From assembly GCA_016748015.1 (NCBI GenBank), contig JAAOMT010000459.1:25900-89899 (forward strand): a stretch of 64,000 nucleotides of DNA. The letters run 5' to 3'. The notes beneath the pieces were generated by a model. It was given only the letters and a program-made list of their open reading frames with translations. It did not search any database and was not told the DNA's origin. The position numbers and the translations under genes are program-made. Below are positions 13,001-27,777 of this stretch, piece by piece. Every line of letters starts with the position of its first letter. Within the stretch, counting starts at the first letter, position 1. This DNA comes from Geosiphon pyriformis uo1 (lineage: Eukaryota > Fungi > Glomeromycota).

Positions 13001-14707
13001 GGATCATAGACACCCAGGCTTTCTTTCAAGGACCAAGAACTGACTCATGAAGCAAACAAGAGTTCAAGAGCACCAACAACATATTCAGAATCGATTCGTC
13101 ATAATGTTTCCAAAGCTCATTCAAAATACCAGACAAACCAGCAGCCTTATCATTAGGCAAGTCTGAAACAACACCAAGCAACTCACCAGAACTAATAGGG
13201 TCCATAATTCTCGAAAATACATCATCAAATATGTACTTCAAGGGTTGGTACTGGCAACACCAATCAGCAAAGATATCAGTGACCAACTCGCATTTTCTGG
13301 TCCAGCCTTCCATTATAACATCTACCTTAAATTTAACTAAACTAGGATCTAAAACCAGTTCATTATCAACAACCAAGTAATCCAATACCACCTTGTAAAA
13401 GGGGCACTCTAGCACACTCCTAATTGTATGACCCTTATCCACCTCAAAACTTTCTATCCTCCTACTAACTGCTGATCTAATATGAGATTCTTCAGCATGC
13501 TTCAACTCGGACAATTTAGAGGAACAATACAACTTCCTAACTCTAAACAAGACAGATCTTATAACCTCAAAATGCGACCCCAAAAAAAAAAGAGACTCCA
13601 CCACAGAAGCATTTGTAGCATCCAATGAGTTCCACATACTCAGTAATACAACAAATTCTTTAAAAGAAACCAAATGTAATGCTTTAACTAGTTTAGACAC
13701 CAAAAGTTCTAGCTTGTGAAACTTAGAAGATTTCTTAGTAAACACATTATCATAACTCTTGAACCATTTCTTTTTGAAAACATTATTCACTGATAAGCAC
13801 ACAATTTTGTGGATGATGTTTCACATAGCATCCAAATCCAAAAACAATAGAGCAGCATCAAACTTGCACTTAAACATTGCCACAGTGGCAGCAGAAGATT
13901 CCTTGAATACAGCCTATTTGACAGCCATAGCATTTTTAAAATTGAACTTCCAACAATCCTTATTCACCTGTTTGCGAAGGGACATCAAATTAACATTCAA
14001 AAGACCACCCAAGCCCACAGAAACAGTAACAGCCTTATGATCAGTATCAAAATATTCATCAACTCTGGTTACACTATGATCTAAAATTGTGTTAACTAAG
14101 CTTGATGACACAAACACATAATCAATAGTCTTGGTCACCTTTCAAAAATTGGTCCAAGTCGCATTCTTTTCAAACAAGCTCTCTCTCAAGGCATTGACCA
14201 AACCCAAATCAAAACATTTCCTGAAACTAGCACACTTGTGAGAGCTATTTTCATTGAAATTGCTGCCCAATATTATGAAAAAAGACTCATTAACAGCTTT
14301 AGCAATCAAAAAATTTATCTTGTCCATTTGTGAGAAGTGTGTAGATACTGAAGCACCAGCATACAAACCCAGAATTGATACTGAAAGCTTATTTTTGAAA
14401 AACAGTTTGACAGACAAAAGATGACCAGAAACCTCAAAAACTTTACATACATGTTTTGCCAAAGTGTTGTTCATAATGATTGCCACACCAGAACCAAGAT
14501 AACCAGATCCAAACCAAAAACAAAGACCTGAACACCATCGAATTTATTAGCAATCTAAGGCCAAACCTTATCTTTTAACTTTGTCTCAGTAATAATTGAA
14601 ACCAAATTGTTCATATCTCTGTGCCAATGTATAATGTCCTCCTGCTTTGCTGAATTGTTTATTCCCCTGACATTACACGTGGCTATTTTCTATACAAAAT
14701 TATTTAT
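10017..14707 (-). pseudogene. LINE copy 1 ORF2: APE endonuclease, RT, RNase H, C-terminal CxxC..HxxxC
   Basis: ATCNVRG, ILGSNFN, IDYVFVS, DTDHKAV (APE); LQDMKKAYD, QGKVFSSLLW, AFVDN (RT); VYTDGS, VELQAI, FSDSQAA (RNase H); CLYCECVEVSDHVFSC. Many stops and frameshifts. Confidence 0.92.
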
Positions 14708-16530
14708 TGAGATACAGAAGAGACCGCAGAACCCGAGCCAGCACACATCTGATCTAACTTCCCTAATACCAAACAAACCAAAGCTTCAAGAGCCATCAAC
14801 TTCGACTTCAAACAGCCCACTTTTGAAGTCAAAATTTTTGAACTACTTGAACCTGAACTTGGGGCACCAGAGGAAACCGAAGAAAGAAGAAGAACCGCAG
14901 ACTTAAGTTCATCCAAAACCATATCCAAATCAAATTCCATATTAACCAAACCAGGAACAACCAAGAGCTGAGAGGAGGAGGCAAGAGCCAAGGGCACCAA
15001 GTTTAAACTGTCAAGTTTGTTCATAATACCAGACATTTTATCCATGAGAAGTTCCAAAGAGCACTCCAAAAAAACAAGACAAGTTTCCAAAAATAAACTA
15101 ATAGGACCCGCAGGAAATAAGTGACCAACCACACCTGAGGCACCAAAAGAAGAGTCAAAACCAGGACCAGAACCAAAGTGAGGACTATTAAACAAAGATA
15201 CCAAGAAGACAATCTGGGCCCATGATTTGCTGCTGAATACAGCCAGTCTGAAAATAGGCACACTCTTTTTTGCATATAGCTTGGCCAATTGGAGGCAATT
15301 TTCATTAGAGATAACTCTTTTAAATGACTTGAAAATAGTAGGAGAGATTGAGATTTCAGTATTACACTTTAGAACAGAATGATCAAGTTTCCCACATTGT
15401 TCGCACTAAATCATGTCCAATCTAGCCCAACACAGTCTCACCCCACCAAAAATAGGCTCCATACAAAACGCAGACTCCAATTTCTTGTCATTCTCAAAAC
15501 AAACCACAGCACAACGAACCCTATTACCAGTGTCTAAGGATTGATTTATAACACAAGTTTTCTCACCAGCCTCTGCCAAAAGATTGCCAAGATCATGAGC
15601 CATTGTTCCTACTGGCAAAGTAAACAAAAGTGCCCTATACCAATCTCTAGATGCCCATGTCTTATGATCCCTCACAGGTTTGGCCACATGCACTGAATCT
15701 TTCTTGATTAAACATGACTACTTAGCTGCCAACTGATCTGCCTGACTTGATTCAGCAAACTCCACCACAGCCCAATGAGTTGCAATCAGATTGACACCAC
15801 TTGACCAAACTCGGATACTGTGGCAATGATCATTTCTTTTGGCGTATCCATGAGAATTTCCTTAATAACTATGGCCCAATCTGAGCAAACTCTTTGTCTC
15901 TTAAGATCACTGTTTACTATGATGTTATTTTCCTTGGCCAATGAGACAGCTTTTTCTATGCTTGCTTCAGAGGTAAAGGTAGATCTGATGATCTCTTCAA
16001 ATTTTGAGGAGGTAGTAACCCCTTCAAAACCATTGATTTCTGAAAATAATTTTCTTATGGCATAAGTTTTGGCCATTGCCGATATCTCTTCCACAGCCGA
16101 AAGATTGATATCCAAAGCAAAAGATTTTTTTACAGCCACTTCCACCTGAGTTTTAATGATTTTAGGATCAATCTATGCCTTATCCAAAGAAAAAAACTTA
16201 CAAGAAGGAAGAAAAACCTCCTCTTCCTCCTCCATGTCGAAATTAATAAAGCCGAAAAGAGAGCCAAAAATCGCACCATTATTGAAATGCTTGGTTTGGG
16301 GTGTATTCATCTTGGAATCAGATACTCCTTCACTTTCAGAAGTCTCCCTATCAGTATCCATGCTATTAAACTGCCCGACCACTTGACCAGATCCATTACT
16401 TTTGAGAGCCACACTATTACTTGATAGCTTAGCACTATCAGAAGGATTCTTAACCTTATAACTTGAATCACTACTGACTGAACCAGAAGTTGGAATCTTA
16501 GTTGACCTTTTTTTAGCACCAGTACTACTT
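14704..16530 (-). pseudogene. LINE copy 1 ORF1 (gag-like, zinc knuckle and coiled coil)
   Basis: ORF fragments KSFALDINL, IVIKEILMDTPKE, ALLFTLPVGTMAHDL, degenerate CxxC..H..C, ending SVSQ*. The start is approximate. Confidence 0.8.
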
Positions 16531-18998
16531 ATGGGAGCAGTCAGATCAACAACAAAAAGATTTGTTTCTTGTAAAGTGATGGAAGACAGTATGAAATAAC
16601 AAAAAAAACTTTTTTCAAAATATGCTTTTTGAGGATTTTTGAAGGTAAGAGAGAAAGAAGTTTTTTTGGACTTATGTTAATATTAAATAATTAATTAATA
16701 TTTTTTTTATATACTTAATTAAATTAATTATGATAAATTTTTTCAATTTATTTTTTTATGTTTTTTTAATTATGTTTTAGATAAATAGTTAATTAATTAC
16801 TTTAAAAAATTTTACAAGAAATTTTTTTTTGGCTTTTTAATAAATATAAACAAAATTTTTTAATTATTTAAAAAAAAATAATAGATGAATTTTATTCAAA
16901 AACTTTTTTTATATATTCTATATTATTTGTTTTTAATACTAATAAATAAATATTAATATTTTTAACTTTTTTATTAAATTTATAATTTATTAATAAATTA
17001 AATAATGTTTAATTTAATTAAAACTTATATGATCTATATTTTATATTTTATATTTTTAATTATGTTTATTTTGAAAATATTTTTTAAAAAAAAATAATTA
17101 TATTGATTAATTAATTTTTTTAATTAGTTTTAAACAATCATTTTTTATATTTAATTATTTAAATTATTAGATTTTATATTTAAATAACAGTTAAATTTTT
17201 TTTAATAAAAAATATTAAATAAAGAAATTAAATTTATAAGAATTTAATATGCAAAATTAGTTTTATAAAATATCTTAAGGAAATAAATATATATTACATT
17301 ATTATTGATTACTATAGTATCATTCTTCTCTTTTTTTTGATAAGATATACAATCAAATATTTTATAATAATGTTATTTTACATCATAATAATATGTTATT
17401 TATGATACACAATTATAAATATATGTATTATAAATATATTGTATAATATAATTAAATTTATATAAATATAATCAAATTTATGATTGAAATTATTATAAAA
17501 ATATATTAATCTAAACATCTTAACTTATTGTATTGTCTTATTTATATAAAAATAACTACAAATTTATGTTTAATTTAATGTGTTTTTTATTTTTTGATCT
17601 AGTATGTCTTTTATTTTCTGATTTATTATGTCTTTAATATTGTATTTTTGATTTCATTTATTACTAAATTTTTCTAATATACAAGTTTTTTTAACTATAC
17701 TACAATACAACAACTTTTATATTATAAAACTTCTACAAATTAACATTAAAGATTTTGCAATTTATTTAGATATAATTATATAATAAACACAGAAAATTTA
17801 ATATACTAAAAGTTTAATTTATATATCATAAATTAAATTATATTTCTATATTCTAATTAGCTAATAAAAATCCAAAATCACATGTTATATAAAATCTTGT
17901 GAAACATAAAATTTTAAATTTCTTTTCTTTTTTTCTTTTATAATAACATGATATATATTCATTTCTTAATTGTTATTTTTTTTAAAAAAGTTGAAAATAA
18001 AAATTATTAACAAAAAATAATATTTATTATAGTTTTATAAATATTGTTTGTATTTTTAATAAATATTTATTTAATATATTTTGCAAAATTAACACAAATA
18101 AAATTAAAAAAATAATAATCAAAAAAATAAACAAATTATAATTGTTATAATTAATTAATTATTAATTTAAATTAATTTATATAAAATATTTTTTTACAGT
18201 TTTAAAAAATTTTGTTTATATATTTTTAATAATTTAATTAATAATTAAATCAATAATCAAGTTAAAAAATTACATTAATAATTAATTTTAAAAATAAAAT
18301 AGTTTAAATAAATAATATTAAAATTAATATATATAATTAATAAAACTAAAAATTTAAATTAAAATATTTTTATTTAATTTAAAAATACATTAATAAATAA
18401 TACATTTTTAAATTAAACTTATAATATGTTTTTTTATTATACTAAGTATTTGTATTATAATATTTAATAAAATAGCAAAAAAATCATAAATATTAACAAA
18501 CACAAAATTATGAATATATAATAAATTTTTTTTCGAATATAATTCTAAATTTAAAATTTAATAACTAAATATACTTTTTATAATCTATTATTAATTAATA
18601 AACAAAAGTAATTACTTTTAATATTATAGTTTTATATTATAAAAACAGACAAAATTTTAACAATTTAATTTTCAAACAAAATATTTTTATATATAATTAT
18701 ATATATATTATTCAAAACTAAAACACCCAAGAAATATTCAAACTTAAATTAATTATAAATTGTCAAAATAAAAAATATTTATTTAATACTTTTTAATAAA
18801 TTAAGTTTATTTTATATATAAAACTGTAATCTAAAATTTTTATTTTATTATATTAAATATATTATTATAAATAAAAATTTGAATTATTAATTAACATAAA
18901 ATTATTCTTATAATTATTATTATTAATTAATATATTATTATTTAAAATTATTACTTATTAAATTACTAAATTATTAAATATTACTATCTAATTAATAA

Positions 18999-21900
18999 TT
19001 TTTTTTTTATTCTTTTAATAAGCAAAGTTCATATACTACCTAGAACTATACATCAAAGAAATGATCTAAACTAGGTGTAAATCATGCATTCTCTACACGT
19101 GACCAGCTATTCAAACCAGTTAGGACAACACTATGTAGCTATAACAACAGAAACTGAAGAGTTTATACTTAAAAAAAATAAACAAGGTTTATAAAATCCA
19201 AAACAGACACCAAAAGCTTTAGATATCCCAAGCAATTTAATTACACCAGCTAAGAACTTCGAAGCCGAACCAGAAATTGAGACAGAAACTGAGCCATCCA
19301 TAAGGATCAGCTCACACTTCTCCATGAATATGTGATGTTTAGCATGAACCAACCAAATGTCATTTCTAAAAGTAAGACAAAGAGAGTGTGCAAAATTAGT
19401 AATCCTAACACCAGCAATCTTGGGATCATAAAAGACAAAAACAGTTTCTGGAAACCATCCATTGAAAACAAAACTCTTAAAAAAAGCTGAGAACACTGAA
19501 AGATCTGGAGCACAGATTGACAACAATTGCAACACACATGAGAAAAAAAAAAAAGACCAGAAAGTTCCTTCCAAGAGGACATGCTGGACTTCAAAATCTG
19601 GTTACAAGCTGAGCTATTAACTGTATAAAAAAACATGTGATCTGACACTTCCACCACTTCACAATACAGACAAAAAACACTGGGATAGCATTTATTATAA
19701 AGTTGCTTTTGAACAGCCATGAAAAGCCAATGGTGCAAAGCCTTCATAAAGTAGGTATAAGAATTAGTAGTGTGTTTGCTGATAAAGCCCGTGGCCATGT
19801 GCGAATCAAGATGCCACACTTGAAAAAATTTGAACCAATTGACATCCAAAAGCAAATCACCCACCAGAAAGCCAGAACCAGAACCAACTTCCCAATGTGC
19901 ACAACAAACAGCACAGAAAACATCCTGAACAAAATGCCTAGAATTACCAAAAACTATACCACCATTGGCCAATAAAAAATGTTTATTCATGGAAGGAGGA
20001 AGAAACCAATTAGAGAAGGAGGCAGCATCAACAAAACTGTTGGCATAGTTATTTCCCAAAATGCCAAAGTGGCCTTTTATCTTGTGCCAGCTGACCTTCA
20101 AATTCTTGTTGTAAATAATATCCCTAATGTGCTGACACTCGACCCAAAACTGATTGTGAAAGTCAGGACACACTAAACCCAACTCTGATTTGCAAGCATC
20201 CAAAGCAGCCTAACTATCTGAAAACAAGCGAACAGAACAAGATGCTGGTATACACTCTAGAGCCAAAGCAATGGCCTGCAACTCCACCAAAGTAGATGAA
20301 ACCAAACCACACACACTGATACTCAAACCCAAATTAATGTCTTTAAAAAAAGCCACAGCACCAGCTCGACAATCCAGCATGCCCAAGTTTTTCAGAGAAC
20401 CATCCATATAAACAGACAGACTACCAGAGCCAACTTAAGAGAGATAATCATTGACAGATATGAAATCATTAGACCCACAAATGTTCAGAGAGCCAACACT
20501 AATCAAAGCCAAGAGAGATAAAGGCAAACCACTAAGAAATACAACAGAAAGCTCAAACCACTCAGAAACTGGGCCACGAGGGTCCAGTCTTTTCTACCGC
20601 TTAAAGGTGCACCAGTTGAAGATATCACCACAATGATCCTGAAGCTGATCCACAAAGACAATGCCATAATGTCAGAGAGAAGGCAAGAACTTAAAAAACA
20701 AGGGTTTGCCCAAAACAGTAGACATAGGCACTCTATCACAAAGCCAAAAAGAGCTGGCCAAAGAGCCACCCAAAGATAAATTGCATCTGAAAAAAATGCA
20801 AACCATACTTGACAAGAAATTATTGGAAACACTAACACGAATACAAGCTGAAGAACTCAATGGATGAATGGGGTGCCAATACAGGATTTGTAAGTCATGA
20901 GACTTGTGACTGAACAATTGACCTAGAACTCCGTAGAAGTTTGCAAAACTAATAAGTGAAGCAACCTTACTTTCAGACTGACACTGGGAAAAGGATTTCA
21001 AACCATAAAAAGAAGGATAGTGAATCGTATCACTGGAAAAATTGAAAGAGAGACCAGATTTGAGTTTCAAACCCTTGCGAATCAGAGCATTCCACTTGTT
21101 GCACACACCAACAGGAACAAAGCTGAACTGCATTCTGTAGCTGATTATAGGATGGAGAACTGTCAACACCAGGTACAAAAACTGTTTATCTGAAACCACT
21201 CTTTTCAGAACCAAATTATTGAAGAAACAAACATCCAAATGTGCCTTAGCCAAACTAGGCTTAGAAAGACCATCAGTTGAAAAAAAAATATTAAGATACT
21301 AATAAGATTCGCCTTTTTTGGCTATAGAAATGAGTGAACCACTGATGAAAAAAGACAGACTGTTGATCCTGCTATTGATAGAAACAGTCGTTATTAATTA
21401 AAATGTCATTAATCCGAAAAAATTCATTAGCAATATCAAGAATATGTTGAGTAGCAGCGTGACTACTGTCAATCCAAATTGTGTCATCAACAAAGGCCCC
21501 AGCAGCGAAAAAAGAAGAAAGCCCAGCCTAAGATTCAGCATGACCACTTCTAAAGATAAAATAGGAATTGAGTCTGTATCCACACACACTCTTCTGATGC
21601 TTGACTTCACACAAAAGAGGATCATAAAATATGTGCCAAAGAAGAGATGAAAAAACTTCTCCTTGGTCTAACCTATCATGCACACGATAGCTATTAGTTA
21701 AACCAAAATCTGTTATAACCTGATTGGTCCGACTTCTATGAATATCACCAAAAAAACGTATAAACTTGCCACACATTTTGATCCTGACCAAACACTTCTT
21801 GAGATGTTCCCACCCAACAGAATTATATGCCTTGCACATGTCTTGCAACACCAGCCAGAGCTCCCGATTTTTCTCCAAAGCATCCTCAACCACCAAATTA

Positions 21901-24471
21901 ATAGCAAAAATAGGAGTTTGGGTAGTTGTACTCTTCAAAACTGAAAAATTGTCCCCATGAAGAATGTCATAAGTACTGCATACTAGTGATATCCTGTCAA
22001 AGAAAATCTTGGAGAGAATTTTGCAAGCTGTTTTAATCAAAGCTATAGATTGGGTATTCATGAGAACACCTTCTCACTCATATGGTTTAGAAATTATCGA
22101 AACCCAAGCTTCTTTTCAAGGACCAGGCACAGACTCATGAGACAGACAAAAATTCAGAAACACCAAGAGCATATCCAGAACAGACCTATTACTATGCTTC
22201 CACAGCTTATTTGAAATACCTGAGAGACCAGCAGTCTTGTCAGCAGGTAGATTAGAACCATGCCAAAAAATTCCAAAAACTTAATTGGTTGCATTACATC
22301 AGAAAAAGCCTCATCAAAAACGTAATCTAAAGGCTAATACTAATGATGCCACACTTCTGGAACATCAGGAACCACTCTACACTTCCGAGTTTATCCTTCC
22401 ATGATTTCATCCACCTTTGATTTCACAGGACCAGGTTCCAAAATCAGCTCATCATCTACAACCAAGTGATCCAAAACGACCTTGTAGAAAAGACACTTCA
22501 GAACACTTTAAATAGTGTAACCTTTGTTTAGCTTGAAACTTTCTATCCTTTCATTGATTGCTAATTTGATTTGAAATTCCTCTACACACTTTGATTCTGC
22601 CAGTTTGAGTGAGCAATAGGTTTTTCTGACCCTGAAAAGAGCTGACCGAACAGTATCAAAAAAAGAGCCAAAGAGAAAGAAAGATCTGACCACAAAAGCA
22701 TTATTATTATTAAGAAAACTCCAGACATCCAACAGTAAAATAAATTCATCACAACAGATCGACCAAAAAGCCCTAACTAACTTTGATATCAAAAGTTCCA
22801 ATTTATGAAATTTGGATGATTCTTTAGTGAAAACACCAACATAGTCCTTGAACTATTTTTTTTTGAACACCTTATTAGCCGAAAGAACTATTATCTTGTG
22901 AACAATGTCCCATATTGCATCCAAATCTGAGAGTCACTGGGAAGCAACAAAATCATCAAAGAACAAGGTGGTATTAGCTGTCATAGCACTTTTGAACTTG
23001 GTCTATTTCACATCATTAGCACCCTTAAAATCAAACTTCTAATGATCTCTATTCACCTGTTTGCGAAGAAAATTCAATTGCACATCCAACAAACCACCCA
23101 AACCCAAAGATACAGAAACAGCCTGATGGTTCATTTTAAAATGCTCACCAAAATCTGAAACCTCACGGTGTATTATTGCATTAACCAAATTTAAAAAAAC
23201 CAACACATAATTAATCATTTTTTTAACACCTCTAGAGTTCTTTCAAGTAGGCATTTTCACAGCTGGGCTTCCAACCAAAGAATTTACCAGACCCAAACCA
23301 AGACATTTCTTAAAACTTGCACACTTGCGAGAACCATCTTTATTGAAATCACCACCAAGAATAGTGAAAAAAGATTCATTGACAGTTTTTGCAATGAGAG
23401 AATTGATATTACCAGTCTGTGAGAACCAAATCACTAAAGAAGCACCAGCATAAAGCCCCAGAATTGACACTAAAAGTTTACCCTTGAAAAGTAATTTAAC
23501 AGACAGAAGCCGACCAGACACCTCAGAAATTTTACATACATGACAAGCCAAAGAAATGTCCATGATAACAGCAACACCCACACCCGAGTAACCAGAGTTC
23601 AAACCAGAAATGAACACTCGGACATCATCAAACTTATTTGCAATCTATGGACAAACCTTACTTCTTAACTTTGTTTCAGTAATGACAGAGACCAAATTGT
23701 TCATTTCTTTATGTCACCTAATAATGTCCTCTTGCTTAGTGGGAACGTTCATGCCCCTAACATTACACATAACCACTTTCCAAATCAGCTTAGTCATTGA
23801 TGTGAAAAAATATTCGACCTTGACCCAAAATTGTTCACTTTGGCCATCAGGCCCATTACCAAATCAGACAGACCAGACAAAGTTTCTTTCAATTTGACAA
23901 TATTAGGGGAAAGTAGGAGAACCTTACAAACTGCAGTCTCACTACTAGTGGCCATACCTGAACCCTTACTCATTGCTACATCCACCTCTTGATCTTGCAA
24001 TGAAAGGGTTACCAATGGCTGACATCCAGAGCATGGCTGGGAAACCATCGGTCTGAGTATGTCTAATCTCTTAGCCAGCTTGCCAATTTGTTCCATAAGA
24101 CTGGCAAGACCACGTTCAAGAACTGTGAACCTTTTATTGACCTCCAACATAACCAGTAGAGACGGCTTTATCTTCAAAGAAGAGCCCAAACTTGCTGAAA
24201 CATTTTGACCAGAAAGAAGGGGAAAAGAAGACCGACCAGCAATTTTGGCCCAAGAAAGACCACCAAATGAAACAGGACAAGTAATTGGAGCCAAACATTT
24301 GGCATAAATTGTAGCCAGTCTGCTTTTATCATCATCTGAAAGTGTCCCACATGATGGTTTGTCCGAAAGAGCTTTCCCATCAATAGCACAGACCAATGAC
24401 ATCTGACCTGACTTCCCATACTTGGCACACTTAGCTGAAACAAGATGAGACCAATGCAAATTGGTGCTCAT
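18999..24471 (-). mobile_element. LINE copy 2, 5'-truncated inside ORF1; ORF2 19131-23797 decayed
   Basis: T10 at 18999-19008 and the same 3' UTR. ILGGDFN, LQDMCKAYN, AFVDDTIW, MDGSL/VELQAI, CLYCEVVEVSDH. Homology stops abruptly at 24471. Confidence 0.92.
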
Positions 24472-24654
24472 AATTTAATTTGTATAATATACAAATATAA
24501 CTAATTATAATAATCAAATTATGCAATATTTTAAACTATATAATATTTAAAAATTTGTTAAAATATTTAGTAATTTAATAAAATATTTAAAAGTTTACTA
24601 AAATAATTAATAACTTATAGAAGTAATTTATAATTTGTTAAAATATACATATTG

Positions 24655-27600
24655 AATAAACTTCTTTCTCTTTTTTGTCCCAAATTCCTAAAAAAGAGTC
24701 AAAAGTTTTTTAAAAAAAGTTTTTTACAATTGAGTATGATAAATCTAAATCCTTTATTCTCAACTACAAGATTACTATTGGCTGTAGTATTGCTGTCATG
24801 AAGAAGACTGCCAAAGTTTCTGGTTCTAGTAATGGTTTCAGACCTGTTTTCTCAAGGAAAAAAAGGAGGGGCAGCATTTTAGAAGATGGTTCTGGTGGTA
24901 GAAATATTGGTCTTAGTGTTCAAGATAATTGCTCATGGAGTTCAGAGACTGGTGACACCACTGAGTCTGAGAGTATTGATATGAAAGAGGAGTGTCTGGT
25001 TGAGGAAACCAGTTTCAATTATGGTGAAGGTGGTGCTCTTGCTGGAGGAGATCATGATTAAACACTTACAGGCTCAAAAGTTAAAACCAAGAAGGCATTG
25101 GGTAAACCATTGGGAAAGATTAACTTCTTACCAAGCAGTGATGATGATAATGTTCTTTTGGATGTCTCTCTAGTGCTTCTATCATCTGCAAAAAATCTGG
25201 TCAATGTTTCTGTTTAGAAATTTTTTGTGTTAAATATTGGGTTGGACACAGTGGTTGGAAAATTTTCTCGTGAAAAGCTTCTGGTGGTCAGAAATTTGTT
25301 TTTAAAGATCAATGGTTTTGGGGGGGCTTCTATCCTCTTAAAATTTGCTGGGATCATCAGAGCAATGTTCACTTCTCAATTGAGTTTAATGAAAGCTACC
25401 AAATTGGCTGCTGATGCGAAGATCTTGGTGAACACTGATCTCAAAAAATCATCTGGGCGTTCAGATCAGGCTGTGGTTTTAAAGAAAATTCCTGTTGGAA
25501 TCTCAACTGAGGCTGTGTGTGCTGTGCTATCTAGTTTTGGTGTGGTGGTGTTGATCAAAATGCAGTTAGTGGGTTTGTGGCAGAAGGCTGTTGTTGAATT
25601 TAGTAAGAGTAAACAGGCTGATTTAGTTGCAGTCTGCTGGTCTATTCTAATTGGGAAAGATGCTGTGTGTGTGGTCAGAACTGATCAAGACAAGGAATCA
25701 TGAGACTCGAGAGATCAACATAGGGCTTTGCTTTATACTCTACTAATGGGAACAACTGCACATGACATCTGGAATTATATTGGCTCTGTAGGTGGAAAAA
25801 CATGTGCAATAGATCATCATTCTGTTACATATGCTCAGGCCAGATGTGCTGTTGTTTGTTTTGATTTGGCCAATTTTTTGAATGCTGTTATGGGAACTAC
25901 TCTAGTTTTAAGGAGTGTGAATATATATTGGTCTCTTTTGGGTTTTTCTAAATGTGCTAAGTGTGGAAAATTGGGTCATATATCTTTGAACTGTGCTGTG
26001 GGTGAGAATATCTCCTCTGAGAAGCATTCTCGCAGACTCTTCTCAGACTTGAATAAAAACAGGCTGGCAACCATCTATGCCAAGCGTTCAGCTCTGATCA
26101 CTCATTCTGTTGCTTTTGGTGGGGTTTCTTGGGCGAAAATTGCTGGCAGAAATGTTTTTCCTTCTTTCTCTGTGCAAAAAGTATTGGTTAATTCTGGCTC
26201 TTTTTCAGAGATAAAGCCTACCATCTATGATACAAGTAATGTTAAGAAAAGGTTTGCTGTTTTGGAAAGCAGTCTTGCCAGCCTTGCAGGACAAATTGAT
26301 GAATTGGCTAAGAGATTGAACTCATTTATGCTGGCAGTTTCCCAGTCTAGCCCTGGATGTTAACTGCTGGTAATCTCCTATCACAGAATCAGGTGGGCAA
26401 TGTAGTGATGGGAGAGGGTTTGGGTGAGGCCAATAGTGGTGAGACTGTTACGACTTTGAACTTTTCTGCTTCTACTAAAGTGAAAAGATTGGAAAGCATG
26501 TTGAAAGAACTTTCTGCCTCAGTTCTAAGTCTTACAGTGAGATTTGATGGTTCAATTTTGACTGGCAGTGCATCTCCCAAATTTTTTTCTCAATGACCAG
26601 TCTAGTTTGAAAGATTGCCACATGCAATGTTAGGGGTATGAATAATCCTACAAAACAGGATGTTGTAATACGTTGGCATAAAGAGATAAACAATTTGATT
26701 TCTGTTGTTACTGAGACTAAGTTGAGGGGCAAAATTTGCCCATGGATCATAAATAAATTTGATGGTGTTCAGGTTTTCACCTCTGGTTTGAACTCTGGTC
26801 ATTTGGGTTCTGGTGTTGCAATTATCATGGACATTTTTTTGGTAAGACATATATGTAAGGTTTCCAAGATTCTTGGTCATCTCTTTTCTCTCAAATTACT
26901 CTTCAAAAATAATCTTTCTGTGTCAATTTTGGGACTCTATGCTGGTGTGTTGTTGGTGGTTCAGTTCTCTCAAGCTGGTGAAATCAACTCTCTCATTGCA
27001 AAGGCAGTAAACAAGTCCTCCTTCATTATTTTGGGTGATGACTTTAACAAAGATGGATCCCAAAAGTGTGCAAGCTTCAAAAAATGCTTTGATTTGGGTT
27101 TAGTTGATTCTCTAAAGGGAAGTTTATTTGTTAAGACACTTACGTGAACTAATTCTCGTGGTGTCACTAAAGCTCTCAACTATGTTCTTGTTTCTTTGAG
27201 TTTGGTCAATGCTGTAACAAATAGTAGTGTGGTCGATGTTGAGGAATATTTTGATACTGACCACAAAACTGTATCTGCTTCCATGGGTTTGAGTGGTTTG
27301 TTCGATGTCTGTTTAAGTTTAATACACAAGCAAGCAAATAAGGATTATTGAAAGTTTGATGTTAAAAGTGCGGATGTAGTAAAATAGGGTGAGTTTAAAG
27401 ATGCTACTGCGGCCAATGCTGCCATGTTTTTGGACAAATTTGAGGCTGTCAGGAAGTTCTCTGATTTGGATGCTATGTGGGATACTGTTTGCAAAGTGAT
27501 GGTTTTTTTAGCTAATGGTGCTTTCAAAAAGAAATGGTTTAAGGGTTATGATAAAGTGTTTACCAAAGAGTCTTTTAAGTTACATAACTTGGAGGTTTTG

Positions 27601-27777
27601 GTGTCAAAAATTGTCAAGACTTCTCGCGAAGCAGACTCCAGCAGGTTTGAGTCTCTATTAAAATACTGGGTTTCTATGAATAGTGACAAAGCTTCTGTTG
27701 TTTGTGATCTTGTGAGTTCTGGTGTAAGTTTCAATCATGTCCATTCTGCTCTTTATGGCATGAGAAGGTATTATCAT
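24655..27777 (+). mobile_element. LINE copy 3: 5' UTR, ORF1 (24798-26596) and start of ORF2 (26593-27777), cut by Gypsy-1; remainder absent
   Basis: ORF1 has CAKCGKLGHISLNC. ORF2 has ATCNVRGMNN, TETKL, ILGDDFN, DTDHK. It ends at the LTR terminus at 27778. Confidence 0.92.

Larger units (their letters stand above)
9884..16670 (-). mobile_element. LINE copy 1 (full length, decayed): 5' UTR, ORF1, ORF2 APE-RT-RNase H-ZnF, poly(A)
   Basis: T13 at 9884-9896 is the poly(A) tail. 5' UTR near 16600-16670 resembles the start of copy 3. ORF fragments are collinear with the other three copies. Confidence 0.93.

Noticed and set aside
10033-16386. Numerous plus-strand ORFs over LINE copy 1 (and similar antisense ORFs over other TEs)
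   Set aside because: Shadow frames of TE coding sequence with no motifs.
17540-17760. Possible MULE/FAR1 transposase ghost in the AT tract
   Set aside because: The resemblance is too weak to support by eye.
24400-24800. Head-to-head LINE copies 2 and 3 as one 5'-inverted (twin-primed) insertion
   Set aside because: They overlap in element coordinates by ~1.9 kb, are clearly divergent in sequence, and are separated by ~180 bp of unrelated AT-rich DNA.
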